From an uncultured delta proteobacterium (GTDB taxonomy: Bacteria; Myxococcota_A; Polyangia; Fen-1088), in contig CAVTRY010000012.1 in the NCBI GenBank assembly GCA_963737265.1, forward strand, positions 64,001 to 128,000: 64,000 bases of DNA, written 5' to 3'. A model generated the notes under the pieces. It was not told the origin of the DNA, made no database searches, and saw only the letters and a program-made list of their open reading frames with translations. Shown here piece by piece: positions 40,279 through 50,872 of the stretch. The stretch's first letter is position 1; each line of letters opens with the position of its first letter. The position numbers and the translations under genes are program-made.

Positions 40279-41442
40279 CTAACGTCGTTTTTCGGGCTGG
40301 CCGGGCTTGGGAACCGCGACGCCAGAGGTGTTCGACTGACCCGGCATCCCAACTTCGCGCTTCACGCCGTGGTGGGCCAAGATCTTCCCCTCGATCTTTC
40401 TCGCGACATCAGGGTGCTCGCGCAGGAACTGCTTGGCGTTCTCGCGCCCTTGGCCGATGCGTTCGCCCTCGAAGGCAAACCAGGCGCCCGACTTCTCGAC
40501 TGCCTCGCACTCGGCCCCAAGGTCGACCAAGTCGCCCTCGTGGCTGACGCCTTCGCCGTACATGATGTCGAATTCGACCTCACGGAACGGCGGCGCCATC
40601 TTGTTTTTCACGACCTTTACGCGCGTGCGGTTGCCCACGACCTTTTCGCCGTCCTTGAGGGCGCCGACGCGGCGGATGTCGAGGCGCACGCTGGCGTAGA
40701 ACTTGAGCGCGTTGCCGCCTGTCGTGGTCTCCGGGTTGCCGAACATCACGCCGATCTTCATGCGGATCTGGTTGATGAAGATCACCAGCGTGTTGGACTT
40801 GGAGATGGTGCCGGTCAGCTTGCGCAGGGCTTGGCTCATGAGGCGGGCCTGCAACCCCACGTGAGAATCGCCCATCTCGCCTTCGAGCTCGGCCCGTGGG
40901 GTGAGAGCGGCGACCGAGTCCACCACCACGACGTCGACGGCGCCCGAGCGCACCAGCATCTCGGTAATCTCCAAGGCCTGCTCGCCGTGATCGGGCTGCG
41001 ACACGAGAAGGTCGTCGGTCTTCACGCCCAGCTTGCGCGCATAGCCAACGTCGAGCGCGTGTTCCGCGTCGACGAAGGCGCAGATGCCGCCCGAGCGCTG
41101 CGCTTGCGCCACCACATGCAGCGCCAGGGTCGTCTTGCCCGAGGACTCAGGTCCATAGATTTCAACGATGCGTCCGCGCGGCAGGCCGCCCATGCCGAGT
41201 GCGATGTCCAGCCCGAGCGCGCCAGTGGGAACGACCTGCACCTCGGGTGGCGCGATGTCTTCGCCGAGGCGCATGATGCTGCCCTTGCCAAACTGCTTTT
41301 CGATGGTCGAAACCGCCAGCTCGATGGCCCGGTCGCGGCCAGCATCGCGCACCGCTGGCGGTGCCTTGCCGATATCTGGCTTACTATCGGCCTTGCTGTC
41401 GGCCTTGGTTTCCTTCTGTTCGCTTCGATCGAGATTCGCCAT
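40279..41442 (-). CDS. recA: Recombinase RecA
   Basis: [24 protein letters not shown]. Confidence 0.99.
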   Translation of the reverse strand: MANLDRSEQKETKADSKADSKPDIGKAPPAVRDAGRDRAIELAVSTIEKQFGKGSIMRLGEDIAPPEVQVVPTGALGLDIALGMGGLPRGRIVEIYGPESSGKTTLALHVVAQAQRSGGICAFVDAEHALDVGYARKLGVKTDDLLVSQPDHGEQALEITEMLVRSGAVDVVVVDSVAALTPRAELEGEMGDSHVGLQARLMSQALRKLTGTISKSNTLVIFINQIRMKIGVMFGNPETTTGGNALKFYASVRLDIRRVGALKDGEKVVGNRTRVKVVKNKMAPPFREVEFDIMYGEGVSHEGDLVDLGAECEAVEKSGAWFAFEGERIGQGRENAKQFLREHPDVARKIEGKILAHHGVKREVGMPGQSNTSGVAVPKPGQPEKRR

Positions 41443-41513
41443 TTCTTCTCCTAAGAAAAGGACCTGGGGTCCTTTACACCATCGAGTAAAGCCCGCCGGC
41501 ACTCACGCGTGGA

Positions 41514-42995
41514 TCACATGAAATACCGACGGGCCATTTCGAGCGCGCAGTAGGCCGCAGCCTTGCGAATGCGCTCGCGGTCGCCGGAAAAAAGCTTCGT
41601 CGAGGACTTCGTCGGACGCGATCCCGCGACGCCAAAACAGACCGTGCCAGCGGGCTTTTCGCCTGGCACGCGCACGGCAGTGGGAGCGGGGCGGCCGTCC
41701 ATCTTGCTCCCGGCAATCCCCGTGATGGCAACGGCAATCGTGGCGTTGGTCAGCTTGCGCAGGCCCTCGGCCATGGCGCGTGCGCACGGCTCGCTGACGG
41801 CGCCGTGCTCGGTCAGGAGCTCGGCGTTCACGCCCAGCATGTTGACCTTGATGTCGTTGGCGTAGGCCATCACGCCGCCCAGGAAGAAATCGCTCGATCC
41901 AGGTTCAGACGTGATGAGCTGGCCCGCGTAGCCCGCGGTGCACGACTCGGCCAGAGCCAAGGTGGCCTTGGCTTCGCGAAGTGTGTTGCCGACCACCATG
42001 GGAAAGGTTTCCCCGTCGATGCCGTAGATGCCCTGCCCGATACGCTTGCGCAGCTCGTGATCGACCTGTTCCAAGACGGCTTGGCTCTTGGCGAAGTCGT
42101 TGGTACGAACCACGATCTTGACGTGGTTCTCGGGCGAGGCGGTACGAAAGTGCAGGGTCGCGTGGGGGACATTGTCGATGAGCCCAACCAGCCGGTGATC
42201 GATATGCGATTCACCCATGCCGTAGACGTGAAAGGTTCGCACGGCCGCCTTGGGCACGCCTTGGGCGCTCATACGCGCCACCAAGCGCGGCATGCAGTGG
42301 GTAAGGAAGATGCTTTCCATCTCGCGCGGAATTCCGGGCAGAAAGTACGCCTCGGCTTCACCTATCCGCACGCAGAATCCCGGCGCAATCCCGGCCGAGT
42401 TGGGAAACGCCACGGCGCCCTCGGGAACGCGCACCTGACGCAGGTTATTCGGCGTGAGCGCGAACCCATGGGCGGAAAAGCGCTGTCTCATGGCGTCGAG
42501 CGACGCGACGTGATCCGTCGCCTTCACGCCGAGGATGTCGCAAATCACATCCACGGTCCGGTCGTCGTCGGTCGGCCCGAGGCCGCCGGTGGCCACGATC
42601 ACGGAGACTTGCGCTGCCAGGTCTTCGAGCGCGGCGCGGATATCCTCGGGCGCGTCGGAGACGACGCGGTGAACGCGAACCTCGTACCCGGCATCGAACA
42701 GCCGGTCGGCCAGAAACGCGGCATTGGAATTCTCGATCTCGCCGCGCAACACCTCGTCGCCGATGGCCAGAATCGCGACCGCCCCAGGCGCGGCTTTGGT
42801 CCTCACCTTGGCGACGCCCCCATCCGATGGCGCCGATGGCGCATTGTCGGCCTTCGCGACGACAGCGACGGCCTCACCGCCGGTCCCGGCCGCCTTCGAC
42901 ATGGTGACGGGCGACTTTCGCGCAGGGTTGGGCGCCGCGGCCCGCGGTTTGAGTTTTCGCACCTCGCTGGCCGTGCTCCGCCGGAACTTAGACAT
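41514..42995 (-). CDS. cinA: CinA / NMN deamidase
   Basis: GDEVLRG, GGLGPTDDD, AESCTAG. Confidence 0.95.
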   Translation of the reverse strand: MSKFRRSTASEVRKLKPRAAAPNPARKSPVTMSKAAGTGGEAVAVVAKADNAPSAPSDGGVAKVRTKAAPGAVAILAIGDEVLRGEIENSNAAFLADRLFDAGYEVRVHRVVSDAPEDIRAALEDLAAQVSVIVATGGLGPTDDDRTVDVICDILGVKATDHVASLDAMRQRFSAHGFALTPNNLRQVRVPEGAVAFPNSAGIAPGFCVRIGEAEAYFLPGIPREMESIFLTHCMPRLVARMSAQGVPKAAVRTFHVYGMGESHIDHRLVGLIDNVPHATLHFRTASPENHVKIVVRTNDFAKSQAVLEQVDHELRKRIGQGIYGIDGETFPMVVGNTLREAKATLALAESCTAGYAGQLITSEPGSSDFFLGGVMAYANDIKVNMLGVNAELLTEHGAVSEPCARAMAEGLRKLTNATIAVAITGIAGSKMDGRPAPTAVRVPGEKPAGTVCFGVAGSRPTKSSTKLFSGDRERIRKAAAYCALEMARRYFM

Positions 42996-43033
42996 TTGTT
43001 CAGTACCTTAGCGAGCGCGCTCACCCCAGTCAA
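42988..43033 (-). promoter_or_regulatory. Sigma70 promoter of cinA-recA with overlapping LexA-like box
   Basis: TTGACT-N17-TAAGGT (43033-43005) followed by CTGAAC-AAAT-GTCTAA (43003-42988). Confidence 0.65.
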
Positions 43034-43116
43034 CCATCACAAACGGAATAGCCACCTACCCATTCAACAAGGTTGACAAGGGGACGCTTCCGACGGTCAA
43101 CTGTCGCCTATCGCCC

Positions 43117-43881
43117 ATGCGTATCCGCTACGCCGCCAAGACGGATCAAGGACTCAAGCGTAACCACAACGAGGACTACTTCTGCCTCATCGAAGAGGAG
43201 CAGTTGTTCTTGGTTGCCGACGGCATGGGTGGCCACGCCTGTGGCGAGGTTGCGTCGAAGATGGCCGCGGACGTGATTCGCGAGTTCTTTGCGCGCACGC
43301 GCGACGAAGATGTGACTTGGCCGTACAAGATGGACCACACGCTGTCGATCCTCGAAAATCGCCTGAGCGTCGGCATCCGACTGGCCAACAAGAAAATCCA
43401 CGAGTCCGCGGCGAAGGACCTGCGTTTGAGCGGCATGGGCACCACGGTCGTCATCGGCCAAATCGCGGACGATCGCTTCTACGTGGCGCACGTCGGCGAT
43501 TCGCGCTGCTACCGCGTCCGTCACGGACAGATCAAACAGATCACGCGCGACCACTCCCTGCTCGAAGACTACAAGGAAGCGCGGCCCGGCATGAGCGACG
43601 AGGAGCAGCGCAAGTTCCCGCACAAGAACGTGATCACCCGCGCGCTCGGCATGCGCGACACCGTACAAGTCGACATCACCTCCGAGGAGATTCAGGACGG
43701 CGACATTTTCTTGCTGTGCTCGGATGGGCTGTCGGGAATGGTTTCGGACGCAACCCTGCCAGACTACCTGAAGCTTGGCGCGGATCTCGACGAAGCCGTG
43801 AACAAGCTGGTGGGCGCCGCCAATGCCGCCGGCGGCACCGACAACATCACGGTGCTAGCCTTGGAGTGCCGTCTTAGCTAG
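43117..43881 (+). CDS. PP2C Ser/Thr phosphatase (Stp1-like)
   Basis: NED, VADGMGG, CSDGL, GGTDNIT. Confidence 0.95.
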   Translation: MRIRYAAKTDQGLKRNHNEDYFCLIEEEQLFLVADGMGGHACGEVASKMAADVIREFFARTRDEDVTWPYKMDHTLSILENRLSVGIRLANKKIHESAAKDLRLSGMGTTVVIGQIADDRFYVAHVGDSRCYRVRHGQIKQITRDHSLLEDYKEARPGMSDEEQRKFPHKNVITRALGMRDTVQVDITSEEIQDGDIFLLCSDGLSGMVSDATLPDYLKLGADLDEAVNKLVGAANAAGGTDNITVLALECRLS

Positions 43882-43917
43882 CAGAGCAGCGCTGGATCTC
43901 GACTCGCGCCCCTGCAC

Positions 43918-43978
43918 TGTAGCCTGGGCCCGTAGCCTGAAGCCTCTGGCCCGTAGCCCGCAGTCCCGCAGCCCGTAG
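43918..43978. repeat. Degenerate heptamer tandem array (GTAGCCC-like)
   Basis: About 8 units between convergent genes. Confidence 0.7.
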
Positions 43979-43979
43979 T

Positions 43980-45506
43980 TCAGGGGACAGATGCCCCGGC
44001 GCGGGGCAGCGACAGGACGAACTTCGCGCCCCGAGCCGCGGCTTGTCCTGCAGCTGCGGAAGAATCGAAAGCAAGCTCCAGCGTGCCGCCGAAGCTTTCC
44101 ATGATTGCCCGACACACCGGTAGCCCGAGCCCGGTGCCCTGACCTGGGGCCTTGGTGGTGAAGAATGGGTCGAAAACCTTGCGCCGGTGTTCCTTGGCAA
44201 TGCCCGGTCCTTCGTCGGCAACGGCGAGAATCACGCGCTGGTTTTCCTCCTGGCACGACACCACGATGGTGCCCTGGCCGGCCATGGCGTCGGCGGCATT
44301 CAGCATCAGGTTGACGAAGACCTGGACCAAGCGACTTGGGGCCACGAGCACATTCGGCCACGCGTCGCCCGCCGGAGTCGTGACCACGCGCACATCGCGA
44401 AATCGTCCTTGCGGCGCAAGCAAGGCCTGCGCGGATTGCACCAGGCGCAGCGGATCGGTCGCCACGGGATCTTCGTGACTCGGACGCGAGAACTCGAGCA
44501 GCTCGCGGATGATGCGGTGGATCCGTTGCGTCTCCGCCTTGACCCGGTCGAGCGCATCCTGCCTCTCGGCAAGTGGCAGCTCGCCTTTGCCGGCGGCGTC
44601 CGCGCGTAAGATATCCACATAGCCGAGAATGGCAGCCAGGGGATTGCCGATTTCGTGCGCGACGCCCGCGGCCAACTGCCCCACCGAGGCCAGTTTCTCC
44701 GAACGAATGATCTGTTCGCGCTGTGCCGCCAGCGAAACCGTCATCTGGTTGAACGCCGAAGCGAGCGCGGCGAATTCCTTCGGTCCCTCCTCGGCGATAC
44801 GCGGCTGCCAGTCGTCGGCGGTCATCGAGGCGGTGGCTCGCCGCAACTGGCCGAGGGGACGAACCACGAGTTGGGTGAGCACGAAGAAACCGAGACCCAA
44901 AACCAGAAGGGCGTCCGCGACAGCCAGCAAAAACAGGAAGAGCCCCGAGCGCCGCAAGACCACCTCGGTCGGTTGGGTCGCGGCGATCGCCACCCGCGCG
45001 ACCCCGACCACACGTCCACGAATCTCGACCGGCGCGTACGCCAAGATCTCGTCTTCCTGGGTTTCCGGAGACCGCCGATAGTTGATCACCGGCGGGCCCC
45101 CTGCCAGCGACGTGCTGACAATTGCGGCTTCGCGATCGCCTTCCGTGCGACCAGGCCACGCGGCAACGACGTTGCGCCCGACATCGATGACGGACAACTT
45201 CACCGCGCCCGTGGCCTCGCACAGCGACCGCAGCAGCGCGCGCAAGGCGATCCGTGCCTCGGGATTCGGTCCCTCGCCGTGCAGGCTCCATTCGGCAGCA
45301 ACCGAGTGCGACACCGCAACCGCCAATGTCGTCGCCATCGATTCGCGCTGCACGCGTAACGTGTCCCCAGCAGCCCACAGCGCGATGTACCCCGTGGTGA
45401 GAATGGCAACCAGAGTAACTGCGGTCATGCCCAGCATGATCTGCGCTCGCAGGCCCAGCCGAGCACGCTTCCGCGAAGTTTCCGAGATCGGGGTTATGCT
45501 AACCAC
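43980..45506 (-). CDS. HAMP sensor histidine kinase (start approximate)
   Basis: AHEIGNPL, FDPFFTTK, GTGLGL. Confidence 0.9.
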   Translation of the reverse strand: MVSITPISETSRKRARLGLRAQIMLGMTAVTLVAILTTGYIALWAAGDTLRVQRESMATTLAVAVSHSVAAEWSLHGEGPNPEARIALRALLRSLCEATGAVKLSVIDVGRNVVAAWPGRTEGDREAAIVSTSLAGGPPVINYRRSPETQEDEILAYAPVEIRGRVVGVARVAIAATQPTEVVLRRSGLFLFLLAVADALLVLGLGFFVLTQLVVRPLGQLRRATASMTADDWQPRIAEEGPKEFAALASAFNQMTVSLAAQREQIIRSEKLASVGQLAAGVAHEIGNPLAAILGYVDILRADAAGKGELPLAERQDALDRVKAETQRIHRIIRELLEFSRPSHEDPVATDPLRLVQSAQALLAPQGRFRDVRVVTTPAGDAWPNVLVAPSRLVQVFVNLMLNAADAMAGQGTIVVSCQEENQRVILAVADEGPGIAKEHRRKVFDPFFTTKAPGQGTGLGLPVCRAIMESFGGTLELAFDSSAAAGQAAARGAKFVLSLPRAGASVP

Positions 45507-45638
45507 CTGCTTGACCGCACGATAACACTGGCGCCGAGGTAGAAGCGAACCGTCATGCAAGGCTTGGCCGAAGACCAAGACTGACCGCGCAGAAGCTTTG
45601 TCCGCAAAGCGCAAAGGCTTGCTACAATCCCCCCCGCC

Positions 45639-45923
45639 ATGGCGACCAAGCCAGCCCCCGACCCGACCGATCCCGTGCGCTTCGACGATATCCTGTCGCG
45701 CTTGCGCGCCCTCGTGGAACGCCTTGAAAGCGGCAACCTCCCGCTCGAAGATGGCCTGCGCTACTTCGAGGAAGGGATGGAGTTGTGCCGACAGGGTGCG
45801 ACCGTGCTCGACAAGGCCGAGAAGCGCGTGGAAATTCTGCTCTCGACCGCTGGCGGCGACGTGCGCACCGAGCCCCTCGACGCCGAGACCGGCGGCGAAA
45901 AGGGCGAGGAGCAAGACAAGTGA
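45639..45923 (+). CDS. xseB: Exodeoxyribonuclease VII small subunit
   Basis: LVERLESGNLPLEDGLRYFEEG; next to ispA. Confidence 0.95.
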   Translation: MATKPAPDPTDPVRFDDILSRLRALVERLESGNLPLEDGLRYFEEGMELCRQGATVLDKAEKRVEILLSTAGGDVRTEPLDAETGGEKGEEQDK

Positions 45924-46762
45924 GCGGGTTCGATCTTGCCGCCTGGTTGACGGAAAAACGGTCGGAGGTCGACACCCTGCTCGACGCCCGCCTTCCCCTA
46001 CCGAGCCCCGATCCCGGCCGCCTGGTCGAAGCCATGCGCTATTCGCTACTCGCGCCCGGAAAGCGTTTGCGTCCGATTCTCGCCCTTGCCGCGATGAAGG
46101 CGGTCGGGGCCAGCGTGGACGAGCCCATGCGGATTGCCGCCGCTTCGGTCGAGCTGGTGCACTGCTATTCGCTCATCCACGACGACCTGCCTGGCATGGA
46201 CAACGACGATTTCCGCCGCGGCCGTCCCACCAGCCACAAGGCCTTCGGCGAAGCGATGGCAATCTTGACTGGGGATGCCTTGCTGACGCTGGCCTTCGCA
46301 TGGCTTGCCGAAGCCGGCCAGCGCGCGAACGCGGCCAATCGCTACCTGCGCGCCATGGCCGCCCTGGCGCGCGGGGCTGGAATGACGGGCATGGTGCGCG
46401 GACAGGCGCGCGACATGTTGCCCACACCGCCCGCCGCGTTGGAGGAGATCGAGCGCCTGCACACAGAAAAGACCGGCGCGCTTTTCCGTGCCGCCATGGA
46501 AGTCGGCGCCGCGGTCACAGGTGCCACACCGGCGCAGGCCGAAGCCCTGGCGCGCTTCGGTGTCTGCTACGGCATCGCCTTTCAACACGCCGATGACCGC
46601 GACGACAACGAGCACCAGGCCTTCGCGGCCCGCGCGTCTCAGCGAATCCACGAGCTTGTGGCCGATGCCGCGCTGGCCCTGCGCGAATTCGGCGACACGG
46701 CCGAGCCGTTGCGCGCGCTCGCCCAAGGACTTGACCGCGCTAGCGCCACGACCCAAGGATGA
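45920..46762 (+). CDS. ispA: Farnesyl/geranyl diphosphate synthase
   Basis: GKRLRP, HDDLPGMD, RRG, FQHADD. Confidence 0.9.
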   Translation: MSGFDLAAWLTEKRSEVDTLLDARLPLPSPDPGRLVEAMRYSLLAPGKRLRPILALAAMKAVGASVDEPMRIAAASVELVHCYSLIHDDLPGMDNDDFRRGRPTSHKAFGEAMAILTGDALLTLAFAWLAEAGQRANAANRYLRAMAALARGAGMTGMVRGQARDMLPTPPAALEEIERLHTEKTGALFRAAMEVGAAVTGATPAQAEALARFGVCYGIAFQHADDRDDNEHQAFAARASQRIHELVADAALALREFGDTAEPLRALAQGLDRASATTQG

Positions 46763-46778
46763 TACGATCAAGGACATC

Positions 46779-47687
46779 GTGACTTTGACGTGGGATGACA
46801 TCACGCGTGTTCAAGAGAGCCCGCCCGGAACCGTCAAAGCTCCGACGAGCCGCGACCAAGCCTATCTGATTGTTCTGGCTGGCAGCGCCATGGGCGAGAT
46901 GTTCAAGCTCACCCGCGACCAGACCGTCATCGGTCGCGGCCAGCGGGCCCACATTCGCATGATGGACGAGGGCATCTCGCGCGAACACTGCGAGATCCAA
47001 ATCGAAGATGGCGTCATGATCCTGCACGACCTCGGCTCGACCAACGGCACCTTCTGCCGGGGCATGCGCGTCGATCGGCACGTGCTGGAAGACGGGGACA
47101 AGATCCTGGTCGGATCGAGCACGGTGCTCAAGTTCACCTACCATGACAGCCTCGACGAGGTCTTCCAGCGCCAGATGTACGAGTCGGCGCTGCGCGACGA
47201 CCTGACCAAGACGTTCAACAAGAAGTACTTCACCGACCGGCTAGAGAGCGAATTTGCCCACGCGATTCGCACCAAGGCGAGCCTGTCTTTGGTGGTATTC
47301 GATCTCGACCACTTCAAAGAGGTCAACGACACCCACGGTCATCCAGCAGGCGACCATGTCTTGTCGGAGATGGCGCAGTCGGTGGCCGCGCTCATCCGCG
47401 CGGAGGATGTGTTTGCACGCGTTGGGGGCGAGGAATTCGGGGTCATCTGCCGGGGTGCGGACAACGCCCAGGCGCACACCATTGCCGAACGCGTGCGCCA
47501 GGCGGTCGGCGGCCACGCCTTCACCATCGATGGCAACGCCCTCCACATCGCGGTGAGCGCGGGCATCGCGACCATACCGGACGCGCGCATCACCGACGCC
47601 CAGGCGCTAGTCTCGGCCGCCGATCAGGCACTCTACGAAGCCAAGCGCACGGGAAGAAACCGTGTGTGCTCCTGGCAGCCCAAGTAG
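46779..47687 (+). CDS. FHA-GGDEF diguanylate cyclase
   Basis: IGR, SREH, STNG; RAED I-site and GGEEF. Confidence 0.92.
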   Translation: MTLTWDDITRVQESPPGTVKAPTSRDQAYLIVLAGSAMGEMFKLTRDQTVIGRGQRAHIRMMDEGISREHCEIQIEDGVMILHDLGSTNGTFCRGMRVDRHVLEDGDKILVGSSTVLKFTYHDSLDEVFQRQMYESALRDDLTKTFNKKYFTDRLESEFAHAIRTKASLSLVVFDLDHFKEVNDTHGHPAGDHVLSEMAQSVAALIRAEDVFARVGGEEFGVICRGADNAQAHTIAERVRQAVGGHAFTIDGNALHIAVSAGIATIPDARITDAQALVSAADQALYEAKRTGRNRVCSWQPK

Positions 47688-47695
47688 CGAAGGCC

Positions 47696-47730
47696 GTCAA
47701 GAAGACTGTCAAGAAGACAGTCAAGAAGAC
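47696..47730. repeat. 3 x 12-bp tandem repeat GTCAAGAAGAC(T/A)
   Basis: Read directly from the sequence. Confidence 0.85.
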
Positions 47731-47762
47731 GCGCACTTCCGTCGAAAAGAGGGAGGGTCCAC

Positions 47763-48029
47763 GTGGAAGCACTAAGAAATTCTCTCGTTTTTCTCGACAC
47801 CCAGGTCATCGCCTACACCGTCCTGGCGCTCGTTCCCAACCTGCTTCTCATCCTGTGGGCCATGGCGCGCCTGTCGCGTGAAGTTCGCCTGCTCAAATCG
47901 AAAATGGCCATGGTCGAAAACGACATCAACCTGCTCGAACCAGAGCATCAGCACCCTAACCAGCGAGTTTCAGGCCATACGCAAGGGCGAAACCAGAGCG
48001 AATCAAGGTTAGTGCTCGTCAGAGAATAG
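47763..48029 (+). CDS. Small membrane / coiled-coil hypothetical protein
   Basis: RBS GGAGG, TM then coiled coil; 3' end may be frameshifted. Confidence 0.55.
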   Translation: MEALRNSLVFLDTQVIAYTVLALVPNLLLILWAMARLSREVRLLKSKMAMVENDINLLEPEHQHPNQRVSGHTQGRNQSESRLVLVRE

Positions 48030-48166
48030 ATGCTACGAGTCGGGCTACGAGGCGCCCGGCTGGCGAGGCGCGAGGAGCCAGAAATACTCGACGTATTGCG
48101 ACGACGAGCAACAAAGCCAGCCGGGACAGATTCTCCAACTGGTTGCAAATATTCTCTGACGAGCCC

Positions 48167-49192
48167 TTAGGGACAATACGCCAATTGGCATTGGCCAGCG
48201 ACGCAGGCGAAGTGCGCACAGCCGTAGCCGCCGTTCGCGCACAGCTGACAAAGCGCGGGCACTGCGCCGGTGCAGTCGCTCGCGCTACTGCAACTGGGGG
48301 TGGTGTCTGGCACGCACTTGCATAGGGTCGTGTCGAAGCGATCCCCCCGAATGCACAGAACATTGTCCACGCACTGACAGCGCCCCGACACCTGGGGGTC
48401 GCATCCCTGCCCGCACATCTTCGACGATGCGCAACCGAGGGCGGGATTGTGGCAGGCGAGCCCGGGTGCGCCGTCCTGCTCCTGGCAGCCGTACAGCGTG
48501 AACCCAGCCGGACAACAGGCTAGCCCCGCGTCGGGACTCGCCACGCCTGCATCGGAATTCGGGGCGCAAGTAGGACAACCACAGGGCTCGGGATTCGGTA
48601 GATACCCGCCCACACAAGCCAGCACCGGGCACATCACGTTGCAGACCAGCGGCGCGTCCGGCTTTCCGCCGTCCGCTACAGTTCCACCGTCGACTGGAAC
48701 GCAGCCGGCGCAGCCACAGGGCGGAGAGCTGAGCTGGTACCCAGCGGGACAGGTATATGGGGGCGGAACGCAAGCGGGCACGGGCCCCGGACAGATCGGA
48801 GCGTCTGGGCTACCAGCGCCCTTCGTCGCGGCATCAGGACCACGCGCATCTTTCGCGACGCCGGCATCGGGGCTCGGCCCGCACAAGGGACAGCCGCAGG
48901 GATCGGGATTCGGCCGGAACCCACCCACGCAATAGAGCGCAGGGCAGGCGACCGGGAGGCACGGGCCCGTTCCACCCGAGCCGCCAGTTCCACTCGTCCC
49001 GGCAGTCCCGACTGGACCGCTACCGATGGTGCCGCCCGAGCCGCCGGTTACGCCACCGGTCTGGCCTCCTTTGGCCGCCTCTCCCGCGCCCCCGAGGCTC
49101 CCCCCAGAATTCAGGCCGGCCTGGTTGGTGCAGGCAGGGCCCAGCAGGCCAGCTACGAAAATGGCTGCGATAGCCGTTGACATCCTAAACAT
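48167..49192 (-). CDS. Cys-rich repeat lipoprotein
   Basis: Lipobox GPAC, Gly/Thr linker, repeats of CP.L.CVGG..PNP.PCGCP.C. Confidence 0.8.
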   Translation of the reverse strand: MFRMSTAIAAIFVAGLLGPACTNQAGLNSGGSLGGAGEAAKGGQTGGVTGGSGGTIGSGPVGTAGTSGTGGSGGTGPCLPVACPALYCVGGFRPNPDPCGCPLCGPSPDAGVAKDARGPDAATKGAGSPDAPICPGPVPACVPPPYTCPAGYQLSSPPCGCAGCVPVDGGTVADGGKPDAPLVCNVMCPVLACVGGYLPNPEPCGCPTCAPNSDAGVASPDAGLACCPAGFTLYGCQEQDGAPGLACHNPALGCASSKMCGQGCDPQVSGRCQCVDNVLCIRGDRFDTTLCKCVPDTTPSCSSASDCTGAVPALCQLCANGGYGCAHFACVAGQCQLAYCP

Positions 49193-49216
49193 GGCGTCCT
49201 CCGTGTGTTCAGCGAG

Positions 49217-49231
49217 TGCAAGCTTCGTGCC
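49217..49231 (-). promoter_or_regulatory. Sigma54 promoter
   Basis: GGCAC-GAAGC-TTGCA about 25 bp upstream of the ATG. Confidence 0.75.
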
Positions 49232-49449
49232 TCGTCTAACACTGGGGGTTTCAGGCTCGTCCTCTCGTAACGACGTGACTGAAGATGTGGTGCGGACTCA
49301 GAATTCTGAGGGTTCCGGGCGATTCTGTCGCCACGGATGCATCTGGCGCAGCGAAGCGTCGGGGCGCAACCGAAACGAAATAGGCGGGGTGTGGTGTGCG
49401 GCCTCCGCCTGGTGCGCACAAGTCATTCAACCGCAGATTCTGGATTATC

Positions 49450-50089
49450 CTAGCGCCGCAACGGATGCGTTGATGAATCCTGCGCGGGACCGTCCGGGGC
49501 GACCGCCTGGGGACTAGGCGCGGAATCCGACGCTTGCCGGTGCTTGTCTTTGTAGCGCGCATCTTCGGCCACGCGCACCAGAACATCGAACGTCGAGCCT
49601 TCCTCGGGGTAGCTAGCGGTTCCCAGGCTGAGGCCAATCAGGAACGGCGCGCGCGCTGATTGCCGCAAGCTTGTCGCGCAAGCGCCTCACCAGACACGGG
49701 GACGCCGCCCGCGCCATGTCGGGCAGGATGACCGCGAATTCGTCGGCACCGATGCGGCAGCAGACGTCGTGCGCACGCACGGACTTTTCTAGAAATTCCG
49801 CCACCCAGCGTAAGACCAAGTCGCCCTCCCCCGGACCGTGCGAGGTGTTGATGCGATGGAAGTCGTTCACGTCCAGCACCATCAACGTGAAGGGGCGCCC
49901 CGACGCGCGCCGCGCGCGACTTAGTTCCGCACCCAGCCGCTCGGCAAAATAGCGCCGATTCCACAGCCCGGTCAGGCCGTCTCGGTACGTCAGCGCGCGC
50001 AGATCCTCAAGCTTTGCGATTTCGCGTCGCAAGCTTTCGTTTTCAATCGCCAACTTTTCGACGCTGGCGATGTCGGGCTGAAATTCCAT
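49450..50089 (-). CDS. Stand-alone GGDEF protein (GADEF; frameshift near 49640)
   Basis: DGLTGLWNRR, RIGADEF, SLGTASYP. Confidence 0.8.
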
Positions 50090-50176
50090 CGGGCGAGAGA
50101 ACCGCTTGACCTCTCAAAAGATGTTCTAGCAAAAACCGTCGGTCCCGCCAAATTGTGTCCGTATAATCTGCGGCCG

Positions 50177-50863
50177 ATGCAACCGGACGGAAAAGCGGAA
50201 AGTCGCCCAGCCAGAGCCGTGCTCTTCGACCTTGATGGCACCTTAGTCGACACCGAACGGGAAAACGTCGAGTCTGTTGTCCTCGCCGCTCGCCGCTGGC
50301 AGCTGGAGCTGGACGCCGATATGCGCAAGTTCATCGTCGGGCACTCGTGGAACGAGATCCACGCGCGCATGCAGCGCGACTACGGCCTGCAGGTTGGCAT
50401 GGATGTCGTCATCGCCGCCGCCGTCGAGGAGAAGCGCGCCCTCTTCGCGCACAAAGGCTACCGTGCCCTGCCCGGGGCAATCGCGCTAGTGCAACGTCTG
50501 CGCCAGCGCGTGGCGCTGGCGGTGGTGTCTGGAGCCAGCTGCGTTGAGGTGCGTGAGTCGATCGCCGGCGTCGGCCTCACCGACTATTTCCAATACCTGC
50601 TCGGCGCCGAAGACTACAGCAACGGCAAACCCAGCCCCGAGCCCTTCCAGACGGCCATGCGCCTGCTCGACATCGCGCCGCGTGCGTGCATCGTCATCGA
50701 AGATGCCGAGCCTGGAATCCTGGCCGGCAAGGCCTCCGGCGCCGGGGTCATCGCCGTTCGCGCCGCGAATTTTCTCGGCTACGATCAGTCGGCGGCCGAT
50801 GCAATCGTCGATACCCTCGAAAGCGTCACCGACGAGCTGCTGGACAGTCTTTGGCAAAGGTAA
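50177..50863 (+). CDS. HAD-family phosphatase
   Basis: FDLDGTLVD, KPSPE, IEDA. Confidence 0.92.
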   Translation: MQPDGKAESRPARAVLFDLDGTLVDTERENVESVVLAARRWQLELDADMRKFIVGHSWNEIHARMQRDYGLQVGMDVVIAAAVEEKRALFAHKGYRALPGAIALVQRLRQRVALAVVSGASCVEVRESIAGVGLTDYFQYLLGAEDYSNGKPSPEPFQTAMRLLDIAPRACIVIEDAEPGILAGKASGAGVIAVRAANFLGYDQSAADAIVDTLESVTDELLDSLWQR

Positions 50864-50872
50864 GGTAGCGCG

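Noticed and set aside
35545-41454. Very long antisense ORFs (879 aa, 529 aa and others)
   Set aside because: Shadows of the aminopeptidase, lon and recA genes caused by high-GC codon bias.
47696-47730. 12-bp tandem repeats here and at 21796-21819, and the 15-bp repeat at 34028-34072, as operators or iterons
   Set aside because: Unrelated sequences, only 2-3 units, most simply slippage duplications.
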